Shown here: one piece after another, positions 17,115 through 27,044 of the stretch
Layout: the number at the start of each line of letters is the position of its first letter
Numbering within the stretch: position 1 is the first letter of the stretch
Notes under the pieces: generated by a model
The model's database searches: none
Seen by the model: only the letters and a program-made list of their open reading frames with translations
Told to the model about the DNA's origin: nothing
Made by a program: the position numbers and the translations under genes
Virus record (IMG/VR): IMGVR_UViG_3300048796_000029
Span: 8,326 to 72,325 of that record
From: a virus
Lineage: Duplodnaviria > Caudoviricetes
DNA length: 64,000 nt
Direction: 5' to 3' (one strand)

Positions 17115-20100
17115 ATGCCGAATAGTATTAGTTTGAATGGTGGTCAGGCCCAAAAAGCAACACGTTTCGCCCCTATTTACACTGGGCGTTGGAGTTCTGG
17201 ACTTTGGACTAACCGCAGCCCCCTGCGTGATGCCAACACCACGCGGCTTGTTGAGAAGTTCTATGGCCCTTCAGGTGACGCACTCATCGCAGGAAGCAAC
17301 GTCGAGGTCACCAACCGCTTGACGCTTGCTCGTCGTCCGGGCAACTCGGTGTACGACCCAAACTCATGGAACGCGCCAGACCGCTTCTATTCGTTCCGCA
17401 TGTTCGGCAACAGCACAGAGAAGATCGACGTGATGGTCGATCAGGCCACAGCGTTGTACTCTCTCTACAACGGAGTGAGTAGTCTAGTATGGACGAAGAG
17501 CACAGGCGCAGGCCAGAGTTACATGCAATCTGTCGGGAACAGCCTGTACTTTGGGAACGGACAGGACAACAAGAAGTGGCTTCAGAGTCTCCAGATTTGG
17601 CAAGCTGGGGCGAAGTGGAACACTCCGTCTACTCCTTACTTCTCGACCTTCTTGATCGACACCAACGGGAACATCCAGCAACTCACTGGGACGGCCATCC
17701 CGATCAGCACGATTCAGGTGACTAGCGCGGTCGTCACTGTCACGTCGTCCGCGACATTGACGAGCGTACTTGCAGTCGGCGACAACGTGACCTTCCCGAC
17801 AACGGGCATGACGGCGACCTTCCTCGAAGGTTTGACTGTCGCGGTAACGGGCGTATCCGGCAGCACGTTCACTTTCAACCTAGCCTACGCGAACTATGGC
17901 CCGACCGCAGATACAGGAACCATAGAAACCCTTGATGGCACTCCGGCGTCTGGAGCTACCGTTCCTACGTGGAGCACAGTAGTCCCGGCAGCGGGCAATG
18001 ACTATCAAGGAGGCATTACACTCGACGGTACCGTGCAGTGGACGAACCGTGGCAACCCGATTGAGAACTGGGGCATCGCCAACGACGCGAAGGCCATCAC
18101 CCCGACCGTGGGAACATCCAACGTGTCGTGGCAGGCGAACACCTTCTACTCGTTGCCCGGCGTCATCATCGACTCGAACGGCAACCTACAGCAGGTTACC
18201 GTAGCTGGCACCAGCAGCGCAGGGCCGGTCACGTGGGCAACCTCGGTCGGCAATACCACTGTAGACGGTGGTGTGCATTGGAAGATGATTCAGACCGCAG
18301 CCTCAATGGTCTGGACTCCGCATACCGCATACACTCCAAGCGTGGCGTTGCAGCTAACGTCCGTGGCGAACAACAGCGGCGGACACACGGTATACACCGG
18401 TATCATCACGGGCGGAGCATCGAATGCGTTCTCAGGGACGACCTTCGTCATCTCAGGCTTTACCAATGGGGTGAACAACGGCACGTACCTGTGCAGTGCG
18501 TCTACAGCGACCACGCTGACGCTCGTGAACGCCTTGGGCACCGTGGAGACCAATCTCGGTAGCGCCACAACGGAGGGCACCTACATCATCGCCAGTGCAG
18601 GCGGAACTAACTGCTTGTTCCAGTTGGCACCAGCCGTGAACCCCACGGTATCTGGCAGCGTTAGCGCGTATCTGTACAGCGGCCCTACGTCCGGCCCGGT
18701 CGGTTGCTTCATTCTGACCAACCCGACGAGCACTGGCAGCGCACTCGCCAGTACGACTACCGAGAACAGCTTCAGCTTCGGCGCTACGGCGCTTGGAACT
18801 GGCGCTGCAATCCAGTGGAACGTGCTGAACGGCGCGGGAGAGGTCACCAGCACCAATGACCCGTTCCCGGCGTACACTGCCAACTACCAACTCATCATCT
18901 TGGGTTCGTTGAACATCCCCGTAGCAGGGCAGTACACGTTCACGAACGTACACCATGACGGTGTGATTTGGGGCATAGGCAGCACAGCGACAAAGGTAAG
19001 CGGTACACTGGACAACCCCATCGGGCAAACGATCACTGCCGCACAAGGTTACCCAGTCATGAGCGGCACTAACCGTGGTCTCGGCGGCGGCAGCGAGTGG
19101 ACGGACACCCTAACGGTGAACTTCCCAACCGCAGGCATTTACCCAATCGAGATCGACTTCTCTTACTGGTATCACTCCGGTCTGCAAATGATCTTGACGT
19201 GCAACGGGTTCCCGATTGCAAACGGCGCACCTGAGAGTGGTACCAACCCTCCCGCGTGGCCGGTATGGAGCACTTCGTTCGCACCCAGCTATCCCAAGGT
19301 GACCGAGACCAACGGTCAGTTCACATGGATCAACCTTGGCCCTGCAACCGACTTCTCGTGGCTGCCTGAAACAAACTTCACGCTGCCGGACACGCCGATC
19401 ATCGACACCAACGGCTTTACGGAGTACCCGTATCGCACCGGAGTCAGCGGCACGACAGCGCCGACGTTCCAAACTGGTATCAACCAATTGACGTTGGACA
19501 ACCCGAACCTGATTTGGATCAATACGGGAACCGCCGCAGTTGCTCCTACCGGCACGTTGAGCACTTTCAACGGAGGGTGGCAGTACGGTGTGGCGCTGGT
19601 CAACACGTTGGATAACACCGTGTCGAACATGTCCCCCTTGTCCGCCGCGACCGGAAACTTCATCGGTGTGAACGGAATCTCGATACCCGCAGGGGCAGGC
19701 TTGCCTCCTCTCGCAGACATCGACCCACAGTCGGACTATGTGGCGATCTTCCGAACGACCGATGGACAAAGCACTCCGTTCCTGATCCCCGGCGTGAACA
19801 CGACGTACACACTTCCGCTCTCTGTGTACTTACAGAGCGGATACACCGACACGACGCCGGACACGGGCCTCAACAACCTGATCCAAGGCGCAGCCGCAGG
19901 CGAGAACACTCCTCCTGCGCTGGGTGCCATCAACCTGACCTACCATCTCAACCGCATCTTTTTCAGCATCGGTAACACGGTGTACTGGACGAGCGGGCCG
20001 AACACCCCAGTGGGCAACGGCGTGAATGGTGTCTCGCCTCTGAACTACGACAACTTTCCGTCACTGGTGAAGCGTCTGGTTCCGACGACGAGTGGTCTGA

Positions 20101-20996
20101 TGGTCTTCACCGTCTCGGATGTGTACTTGATCCAAGGCAACGGGACTTCGGCCAGTCCGATTCAAAGCGGCATCCCACTCATGAGTGGCGTAGGCTTGTT
20201 GAGCTACAATGCTCTCGATGTGAACGGCTCCATCATCGGGTTCTTCACGACTGACAACCAGTTCGTGATCCTCGATCCTTCGTCCGGTGTGGACTACGCA
20301 GCATTCCCAATCGGTGACCAGCTTCGCCTGAACAACGGCAATCCGGGTCAGAGTTGGAACGCAGCGAACGTCTATGTCGCATGGCACGTCTCTGGTGAAG
20401 ATCAGGGATGGTACATCTGTGACGGAGCGAACGGATGGTATCGTCTCATGCCAACGCCCGCACCTGAGTCCGGCTACACATGGTCTCCGTTTGCGACAAT
20501 TGTGGGGGGTGCAGGAACAGTGCAGTCTCTTGAAGTATCACCGGGTCAGCATAGTTTACTAATCGGGCCAACAGGTACAGGGTCTATTTTGAAGCGCGAC
20601 CTATCAACATGGCAAGACAACGGTAACGTGTACCCGGCTAACGCAGTGGTTGGATCAGCCGTTCTAGCGCAGCCGGGGCAAATAGCAGTGGTTAGCTTTG
20701 TTACTGCTGACTCTGTTCGGGTCGGTACGCCCATGCTCCTTGGGGTTATATTTGACGAGGCTTTGCCTTATTATACCGGCCCTTTTGACACCATAGCTGA
20801 GTGGGTTGCTGATCCTCCTGAGTCTAAACCATACCCTAGCAAATCGTTTTATCCTCAGAGATTTTACATGTCTGAAGATGTAACTGAAGCTGCTGCATGT
20901 AGGTCTATGCAGATAAGGGTTAGTTGGAACGAAGAAAATGCTCAAAATGAGTTGTTGACCCTGACCGTTTACGGGGCATTCGCTCAGGAGTCTTAG
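17115..20996 (+). CDS. Tail hub/stabilisation protein (P22 gp10-like) with inserted accessory domains including a PA14-like domain
   Basis: N-terminal LARRPG motif, beta-propeller-like C-terminus; QYTFTNVHHDG and IYPIEIDF resemble PA14. Confidence 0.5.
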   Translation: MPNSISLNGGQAQKATRFAPIYTGRWSSGLWTNRSPLRDANTTRLVEKFYGPSGDALIAGSNVEVTNRLTLARRPGNSVYDPNSWNAPDRFYSFRMFGNSTEKIDVMVDQATALYSLYNGVSSLVWTKSTGAGQSYMQSVGNSLYFGNGQDNKKWLQSLQIWQAGAKWNTPSTPYFSTFLIDTNGNIQQLTGTAIPISTIQVTSAVVTVTSSATLTSVLAVGDNVTFPTTGMTATFLEGLTVAVTGVSGSTFTFNLAYANYGPTADTGTIETLDGTPASGATVPTWSTVVPAAGNDYQGGITLDGTVQWTNRGNPIENWGIANDAKAITPTVGTSNVSWQANTFYSLPGVIIDSNGNLQQVTVAGTSSAGPVTWATSVGNTTVDGGVHWKMIQTAASMVWTPHTAYTPSVALQLTSVANNSGGHTVYTGIITGGASNAFSGTTFVISGFTNGVNNGTYLCSASTATTLTLVNALGTVETNLGSATTEGTYIIASAGGTNCLFQLAPAVNPTVSGSVSAYLYSGPTSGPVGCFILTNPTSTGSALASTTTENSFSFGATALGTGAAIQWNVLNGAGEVTSTNDPFPAYTANYQLIILGSLNIPVAGQYTFTNVHHDGVIWGIGSTATKVSGTLDNPIGQTITAAQGYPVMSGTNRGLGGGSEWTDTLTVNFPTAGIYPIEIDFSYWYHSGLQMILTCNGFPIANGAPESGTNPPAWPVWSTSFAPSYPKVTETNGQFTWINLGPATDFSWLPETNFTLPDTPIIDTNGFTEYPYRTGVSGTTAPTFQTGINQLTLDNPNLIWINTGTAAVAPTGTLSTFNGGWQYGVALVNTLDNTVSNMSPLSAATGNFIGVNGISIPAGAGLPPLADIDPQSDYVAIFRTTDGQSTPFLIPGVNTTYTLPLSVYLQSGYTDTTPDTGLNNLIQGAAAGENTPPALGAINLTYHLNRIFFSIGNTVYWTSGPNTPVGNGVNGVSPLNYDNFPSLVKRLVPTTSGLMVFTVSDVYLIQGNGTSASPIQSGIPLMSGVGLLSYNALDVNGSIIGFFTTDNQFVILDPSSGVDYAAFPIGDQLRLNNGNPGQSWNAANVYVAWHVSGEDQGWYICDGANGWYRLMPTPAPESGYTWSPFATIVGGAGTVQSLEVSPGQHSLLIGPTGTGSILKRDLSTWQDNGNVYPANAVVGSAVLAQPGQIAVVSFVTADSVRVGTPMLLGVIFDEALPYYTGPFDTIAEWVADPPESKPYPSKSFYPQRFYMSEDVTEAAACRSMQIRVSWNEENAQNELLTLTVYGAFAQES

Positions 20997-20998
20997 TC

Positions 20999-21430
20999 AT
21001 GCCGAAGCAGTTGAAGTGCCGAAGAGGACATGATAGGACTCCAGAAAACCTAACCAAAGCTGGGTCATGCCGCGAGTGTAAGAAGATGACACAAGCGGCA
21101 TGGCTCAAGACTGAGGCGGGTAAAAAGCACATGCGTAGAGGACGCGCAAAGTGGCGAGAACGAAACCCAAACTACCATCGTGATAAAGGTTTGAAGGTTC
21201 AATATGACCTGACCTATGAACAAGTCATGCAAAAGGTAGAAGAGCAAGGCGGTGGTTGCGCCATCTGCCACTGTGCTATGGTGCGACCAAACGTCGATCA
21301 CGACCACAAGACAGGAAAAATTCGAGGCATACTTTGTCCCCAGTGCAACATGGGCATAGGAAACCTAAAGGATTCACCTGAAGTTTTGGACAAGGCTGCG
21401 GCGTACCTTCGTAGTCACAAAGGAGCTTGA
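20999..21430 (+). CDS. Endonuclease VII-like homing endonuclease
   Basis: QGGGCAICH..VDHDHKTGKIRGILCPQCNMGIG. Confidence 0.85.
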   Translation: MPKQLKCRRGHDRTPENLTKAGSCRECKKMTQAAWLKTEAGKKHMRRGRAKWRERNPNYHRDKGLKVQYDLTYEQVMQKVEEQGGGCAICHCAMVRPNVDHDHKTGKIRGILCPQCNMGIGNLKDSPEVLDKAAAYLRSHKGA

Positions 21431-21431
21431 C

Positions 21432-22130
21432 ATGCCATCGCTTAGTGACGCTTTGAAAACAGACCTGAGCAACTACGACCCGGCTGAGTCCGTGTCGCGT
21501 ATAAATGCGGCTGTCCCTAACGTGGACAGCCAGCCTATTCGTGGGACAATGATGCGCTGTCCGCTACCACCCTTGTTTCAACCATCACCAGACTCACTTC
21601 GTAGTTACTACCTCAAGGGGCAGGTTCCTCAGTTTCGCATTTTCACACCACCTACCCAACCAACCAACGGTGGAACCACAACTACCAACGTATTCGCCGC
21701 GAGTGGTGGCAGTGGCGGCAGTGGCGGTGGAAGCTCCTCGGTGCCTATAACAGCCTCTATCGCCACTGTGAAGACAGGCGTGTTGAGTCCGGGCCAAAGC
21801 TACACTGGCACCGTATCAATCTCAAAGTCGTTTCAGCTTCTCAGCCTTAGCGCCAGCGGCGCGATCCGCTTCGAGCTTTACGGAACCGCCGTCGCGCAGA
21901 CCTCAGACGCAGGACGCGCCCTCGACGTTCCTCCAGCCGCAGGCACTACGCAGAACATTATCTGCGATGTCGCGCTCGACACAGCACCCTACCAATGGGT
22001 GTACCAGAACCGGGTCGGAGCCAACGGCGACTCGCCTCAAGTAGGCACCGCGTACGTCACGGTCACCAACCTTGGCACGAGCAGCGTTGCGATGACAGCT
22101 ACGCTCACCTACGTCGGACTGGAGTCTTAG
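21432..22130 (+). CDS. Hypothetical tail protein
   Basis: 232-aa ORF, Gly/Ser linker, beta-rich C-terminus. Confidence 0.6.
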   Translation: MPSLSDALKTDLSNYDPAESVSRINAAVPNVDSQPIRGTMMRCPLPPLFQPSPDSLRSYYLKGQVPQFRIFTPPTQPTNGGTTTTNVFAASGGSGGSGGGSSSVPITASIATVKTGVLSPGQSYTGTVSISKSFQLLSLSASGAIRFELYGTAVAQTSDAGRALDVPPAAGTTQNIICDVALDTAPYQWVYQNRVGANGDSPQVGTAYVTVTNLGTSSVAMTATLTYVGLES

Positions 22131-22131
22131 A

Positions 22132-22410
22132 ATGGCTAATCGAGAAATAGTAGGCATTGCTGCCGGAATATACCCGCTTATCGGAGACGTGGTTAGCACC
22201 GCAGGTAGCCCCCGCGTGGTTGTGGACGGGTTACAGACTGTCCCGGTATCGAGTAGTTTTCCGGGTAATGCCAACAACCTTCAGTATAACGCCAACACGA
22301 ATCAGTGGACTCCAACTGCCATCGCATGTGTCGCGGTGGATGGGGTAGTTGTTTCCTACGATTACATGATTGCCGTGAACGCGACCAACCCGCCTATTGC
22401 AGTGAGCTAA
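22132..22410 (+). CDS. Hypothetical tail protein
   Basis: 92 aa; GDVV...VVDGLQ fibre-like motif. Confidence 0.5.
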   Translation: MANREIVGIAAGIYPLIGDVVSTAGSPRVVVDGLQTVPVSSSFPGNANNLQYNANTNQWTPTAIACVAVDGVVVSYDYMIAVNATNPPIAVS

Positions 22411-22419
22411 AGGAGCAAA

Positions 22420-22833
22420 GTGATAACACTAAACAGCACGACCCCCGCCGCACCGACGGGCGGTTATAATGTACAGTTTCAGCAAGACTCGTCCGGTAAC
22501 GTATCCGCGTACACCGGATCAGCAGCTAATCCCCCCGTAACTACGGCCCCGGTCGCCGGGGTGCTCACCATCAACGCGGCAACCGGAGACAAGCAAAAGA
22601 TAAACGTCAACGCGGCTATCACGTCCATTGTGGTGAACAATCCTACGGATGGTCAGGTCATAACTCTCTTCTGGGTGCAGGACGGAACAGGCCATGCGAT
22701 TACGCTGCCTGCATTCTTCCTTGGAGTGACTGCACCAAGCACCACAGCGAACAAGCACAGCATCCAGCAGATTTACTACAACGCCGCCGACACTAATTGG
22801 TACGGCGTAGCGGCTGGTCAGGTAGGTTTGTAA
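22420..22833 (+). CDS. Hypothetical tail protein
   Basis: 137 aa; NPTDGQVITLxWVQDGTG..ITLP motif seen in fibre tips. Confidence 0.55.
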   Translation: MITLNSTTPAAPTGGYNVQFQQDSSGNVSAYTGSAANPPVTTAPVAGVLTINAATGDKQKINVNAAITSIVVNNPTDGQVITLFWVQDGTGHAITLPAFFLGVTAPSTTANKHSIQQIYYNAADTNWYGVAAGQVGL

Positions 22834-23336
22834 TGAGTATACCTGTAAACATCAACGGTATACATCAGTTGACTCTGAACTTTTCAGGTACCACAACAGC
22901 AACCACTTCAGCCGGAGTGACAACCATCAATAACACCCCGGCCCAGCAGATTGAGCTTGAGGTCAACGGTACTCCGAATGGTTCCCAGTCGCTTTTGAAT
23001 CTAGCTTCTGGGGCTAACATAACACTTACAGACGGAGGTACCGGAACCGTGACAATAGCTGCCAGCGGTGGAAGTGGCTCGGCTTATACTGTGGCTTTGA
23101 TCGGCTCAACTTTACCTCCCGGTACTATAGAATATGGTACTACTGCTATTGCAGCTTCGGCTGGTTCCACTTTGATAGCAAGCCTTTACGACCCAACCTC
23201 GCCGGGGGCGAATGAACTTTTGTCCCCTTTCGCTTATAACCAAAACGGTCTTATTGGTTGGTCAGTGGCGAATATATCCTATACGACAGTTACCTTATTG
23301 TCAAGTACGGTTCTGAATATAAGAGTATTTGTGTAA
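22833..23336 (+). CDS. Hypothetical tail protein
   Basis: TAATG coupling; LNLASGANITLTDGG fibre-like motif. Confidence 0.5.
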   Translation: MSIPVNINGIHQLTLNFSGTTTATTSAGVTTINNTPAQQIELEVNGTPNGSQSLLNLASGANITLTDGGTGTVTIAASGGSGSAYTVALIGSTLPPGTIEYGTTAIAASAGSTLIASLYDPTSPGANELLSPFAYNQNGLIGWSVANISYTTVTLLSSTVLNIRVFV

Positions 23337-23346
23337 GGAGAGCAGA

Positions 23347-23730
23347 ATGGTAACAGATCGTTTCCTTGAACACCGAGACTTGCCGATTCTGGAAAAGAGT
23401 CTCGCGCATGACGTACACCATCAGGGCACACCGCCCGAGTTCTTCACCCAAGAGGGTAGCCTGACTAAAGTCTACGAGGACGCGGAGGGTGTCATACTCT
23501 TTGCTCGTGCAAGTAAGGCTATAAGATTGGATTTACAGTACGTCTCGAACGAGGACACACGCCGCAACATGAAGGCCATGTTGACTGGGTTTGATGAGTT
23601 GGCGAAAAGAGCCAAGGAGAATGGCTTTTTGGAAATCATATTTACCAGCAACTCACCGATGATGCGAAAGTTTTGCGTTCGTCGTTTTGGGTTCATCGAG
23701 GAGCAGAACGAGTTGAGAAAGCACCTATGA
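23347..23730 (+). CDS. GNAT-fold-like protein preceding the ejection genes
   Basis: Size and position (before internal virion proteins); AKENGFxEIIF...RRFGF. Confidence 0.4.
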   Translation: MVTDRFLEHRDLPILEKSLAHDVHHQGTPPEFFTQEGSLTKVYEDAEGVILFARASKAIRLDLQYVSNEDTRRNMKAMLTGFDELAKRAKENGFLEIIFTSNSPMMRKFCVRRFGFIEEQNELRKHL

Positions 23731-24494
23731 CACCGAGAGGCAAAATGAAAATATACACACGAGCACAATACGAATGGCACGATGACGTGCTCGTAATGGT
23801 TGATGCAGATTTCTTTGAGTACGAAGGAGAAGTGGAAGCAGCGTGCGGGGCGACAGGAGCACAAACCCAGCTTGCAACGCAGCAGACTTCGGCGTATACT
23901 ACACTCACGAACCAAGCATCATCCCAGTTCGGGCAGGCGTCGGGCGTCTTCAACGATCTCGTTAGCTCCTTCGCCCCTATCGTGGCAGCCGGGCCGAATC
24001 AACAGGGATTCAGTCCTGCCGAAGTGAGCGCGATGAACTCGCAGGCCATCACCAGCGCCGGGCAGGGATACCGGAACGCGAAGGCGGCGGTCGGTAATGC
24101 GGAGTCTGCGGTCGGCGGCGGCAACACTGGCGACACGAGCGGCGGCGCTACCGTGGGCGAGAACCTCAGCCTTGCGGAGAACGCTGCAAACCAGACCTCC
24201 AGCGAGTTGAACAACATCACGCAGCAGAATTACGCGACCGGGCGTCAAAACTACTTTAGCGCGGCCTCTGGGCTGGCGGGCGCACCGAGTGTATTCGGTA
24301 CAGCTAACCAAGCGGGTTCCGTAGCCACAGGCGCGGGCGAGGCGGCAGAGAAGTCCCAGAACGACGTAGCCTCCCAAGACAACTCATGGGTCGGCGCAGT
24401 CACCGGGGCGCTCGGCAACGTCGCGGGCGTCGCGTCCGGCGCGGCCATCAAGAACCTCGGCAGCGGAGCAACTGGCGGTAAGAGTACCCCATAG
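23727..24494 (+). CDS. Putative DNA ejection / internal virion protein
   Basis: Ala/Gly/Ser/Gln-rich helical protein with a C-terminal glycine-zipper-like hydrophobic segment. Confidence 0.5.
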   Translation: MTPRGKMKIYTRAQYEWHDDVLVMVDADFFEYEGEVEAACGATGAQTQLATQQTSAYTTLTNQASSQFGQASGVFNDLVSSFAPIVAAGPNQQGFSPAEVSAMNSQAITSAGQGYRNAKAAVGNAESAVGGGNTGDTSGGATVGENLSLAENAANQTSSELNNITQQNYATGRQNYFSAASGLAGAPSVFGTANQAGSVATGAGEAAEKSQNDVASQDNSWVGAVTGALGNVAGVASGAAIKNLGSGATGGKSTP

Positions 24495-24508
24495 GGATAA
24501 GGAGTAAC

Positions 24509-27034
24509 ATGGCAGATACACCGAACACCGCGCATACTGGCGCACCGATTCCTGATGCACAAGCTGGCACCAGCGCAGTTCAGCTAGACCAGTCTCAGGT
24601 ACAGCCGACTCCTAATGCGATGGAAGAGGATCAGTCTCAGAAGGGGCCAGTCGCATCCCCGGATGGAAAGATTCCACCCGTTCAGCAGAACGTGGATGTC
24701 ACCAACAACTCTCAGCAGATGCCTACTGAGAACGCGGACACCAGCAACCTCGGACTAAACCCCGATGACCCCAAGAACAAGATGCAGCAGACGCCTGCAT
24801 ACCAGACACCATCGCAGCACCCTGCGGTTCAGAAGGCATCCCTCCTGAACGAGATTGCTACGACTCTGGCGGGCGGCCCGCGCTACTCGACCACCATCGA
24901 CCCGAACACAGGCACGGTGACTCGCACCAAGGTTCCCTTGTCCACCAAGCAACTCGGTATGGCAATCGCTCTCGAAGCTCTGTCCGGCGCTATCACTGGC
25001 GCGGCACAGCACGGGCCGAATCATGTAGAGGCAGCGGCGGCAGCAGGCTACCAGCAGGGCCAGCAGGAATCTCAGCAGGTTCAGCAGGCCAACCAAGCGA
25101 ACGAGGATCAGGCCAAGAACGACTACGCGACCAAGGCCATGATTGCGCACACGAACTTCCAGACGTATCAGAACGCCGTCACCCTCGGCAAGTTGGAGTA
25201 CGATGCCAACCATGAACAGGATGCGGCTCACGCACCGATGATCGACGCGCTCCGCAACCAAGGCGGATTGCTCGACGAAGGTCTGCGGGGCAACGTCGCC
25301 GATCTTGCGAAGAAGTACAACGTCGGCCAAGACCTGTTCATCCGGCAGAACACCGTGCCACGACTCGACCCAACTACGGGCCAGCAGGCGAAAGACCCGG
25401 AGACGGGACGACTCCTGTGGGATGGTGAGTACGCACTCATCGACCCGAAGGCGAAGATCAGTGTGCCGGACGAGACGCTCAAGTATTTGGCAGATCATCA
25501 CGTCCAAGGCTTCTACCGCATGGACGAGAACGGCAAGTCTGTTCCGATCAACCTGCCAACGAATACGCAGATGCGGGCAGTCGTCGCGGCCAACGCGATG
25601 TCAGCAGCCTCGGCTATTCAGGTGGGCGATCACGCGATGACCGGGCAGCTTGCGCAGCTAAAGGACGGCGACAAGTTCGTCTCTGAGTTCCACAAGAACT
25701 ATGAGGACGCCTACAACACCGTCGATCCTTCGGCACTCAAGGTGTTCTCGCGTTACGCGGCAGTCCCTCTCGACCAGCTTCAAGCGGTGATGATAAAGGA
25801 CAAGGTTGACCCGGATACTCGCGGTCAAATCATGTCCCTCATTCCGACTGGTGCTGTTGAAGCCTCCCAAAAGGTTGCCGACCAGAAGAAGGCAGACGCG
25901 GCTACAGCAGCGGCAGTTGAGAGAGAAAAAGCTATCGCTCCTATCAAGGAGGGAGAGCATCGCGCCGATGTGAACGCTAATGCCGGTGCAGCCGGTGCAA
26001 CGGAAACCGCTCGTTTGAATGCCGAGATTGCAGTGCGAACTGCACACGGGTTGTCGCCGCTTCCGGGCGGCGCTGCCGCAGGCGCTATGGGCACAGAGAA
26101 CATGACCCACCCAGAGCTTGCGCAGTACGCGGAGGATGACAAGAACTACAACACGCCGGACGGAACCAACCAAGCGTTCCTTCAGGCCATGATGAAGATC
26201 GACCCCGAACGCGCCCGCACTATTCAGGCGTATGCGAAGGGTATGGATCGTCAGTCGTTCTACGCTGCGGCCAAGGCATACGGCGGCGGATTCAATGCCG
26301 ATCTCCACACGTACGATCCTTCGTACAATGTGAGCGACGTTGACAAGTATTTCCAAGCGCAGAAGGAACTCGGTCTTGGCGGCAAGCAGCAGAAGACGAA
26401 CGCGGCATTCAACACCGCTGTCCAGCACATTGCCAAGTTGCACGACAGCATCGGAATCGGCTCGACGGTAGGAATGAGCGGTGCGTTCAAGAACCATTTG
26501 AACAACGCCGCAACCGAACAGGCCAGCTTCTACGCCAATGGCAACAAGCCGAACGAGCCTGAAATAGCGCACAACCGCGACATGTACAACTCGCTCAACC
26601 CCATCGTGTCTATCAGCGCTACCAAGTCCTCTCTGGAGGACATGATGGATAAGCAGGTTGCGAACTATGACTCGATGGACGCGTCTCTGCCGAAGGGCGT
26701 ACGGCGTCCATTCTTCATGTCGCAACAGGCGGCACAGGACTACACACGAGTCACTGGCAAGCAAGTTGACAACCGTCTGGTTTACCATCCACCGGACGGC
26801 TCTACCCCGACGTACAACAACACCGGGGTGGTCGTCGCATACACGCTTCCAAACGGTCAGCACGTAAACGCGTTCGGACAGGGTGCCAACGACTTCGGTC
26901 AGAACGCTGCCGCCACGAACGGCAACGGCGGGCCGGGTGCTCCGCACGTCATCCCAGCAGGCGCTCAACCCGCCATGCGCAACGGTGTGACGGTCGGCTA
27001 CCGCGATGCCAAGGGCAACGTCACGATGTTCTAA
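24509..27034 (+). CDS. Putative DNA ejection / internal virion protein
   Basis: 841-aa helical Ala/Gln-rich protein in the canonical ejectosome position. Confidence 0.5.
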   Translation: MADTPNTAHTGAPIPDAQAGTSAVQLDQSQVQPTPNAMEEDQSQKGPVASPDGKIPPVQQNVDVTNNSQQMPTENADTSNLGLNPDDPKNKMQQTPAYQTPSQHPAVQKASLLNEIATTLAGGPRYSTTIDPNTGTVTRTKVPLSTKQLGMAIALEALSGAITGAAQHGPNHVEAAAAAGYQQGQQESQQVQQANQANEDQAKNDYATKAMIAHTNFQTYQNAVTLGKLEYDANHEQDAAHAPMIDALRNQGGLLDEGLRGNVADLAKKYNVGQDLFIRQNTVPRLDPTTGQQAKDPETGRLLWDGEYALIDPKAKISVPDETLKYLADHHVQGFYRMDENGKSVPINLPTNTQMRAVVAANAMSAASAIQVGDHAMTGQLAQLKDGDKFVSEFHKNYEDAYNTVDPSALKVFSRYAAVPLDQLQAVMIKDKVDPDTRGQIMSLIPTGAVEASQKVADQKKADAATAAAVEREKAIAPIKEGEHRADVNANAGAAGATETARLNAEIAVRTAHGLSPLPGGAAAGAMGTENMTHPELAQYAEDDKNYNTPDGTNQAFLQAMMKIDPERARTIQAYAKGMDRQSFYAAAKAYGGGFNADLHTYDPSYNVSDVDKYFQAQKELGLGGKQQKTNAAFNTAVQHIAKLHDSIGIGSTVGMSGAFKNHLNNAATEQASFYANGNKPNEPEIAHNRDMYNSLNPIVSISATKSSLEDMMDKQVANYDSMDASLPKGVRRPFFMSQQAAQDYTRVTGKQVDNRLVYHPPDGSTPTYNNTGVVVAYTLPNGQHVNAFGQGANDFGQNAAATNGNGGPGAPHVIPAGAQPAMRNGVTVGYRDAKGNVTMF

Positions 27035-27044
27035 GAGGTAACAG

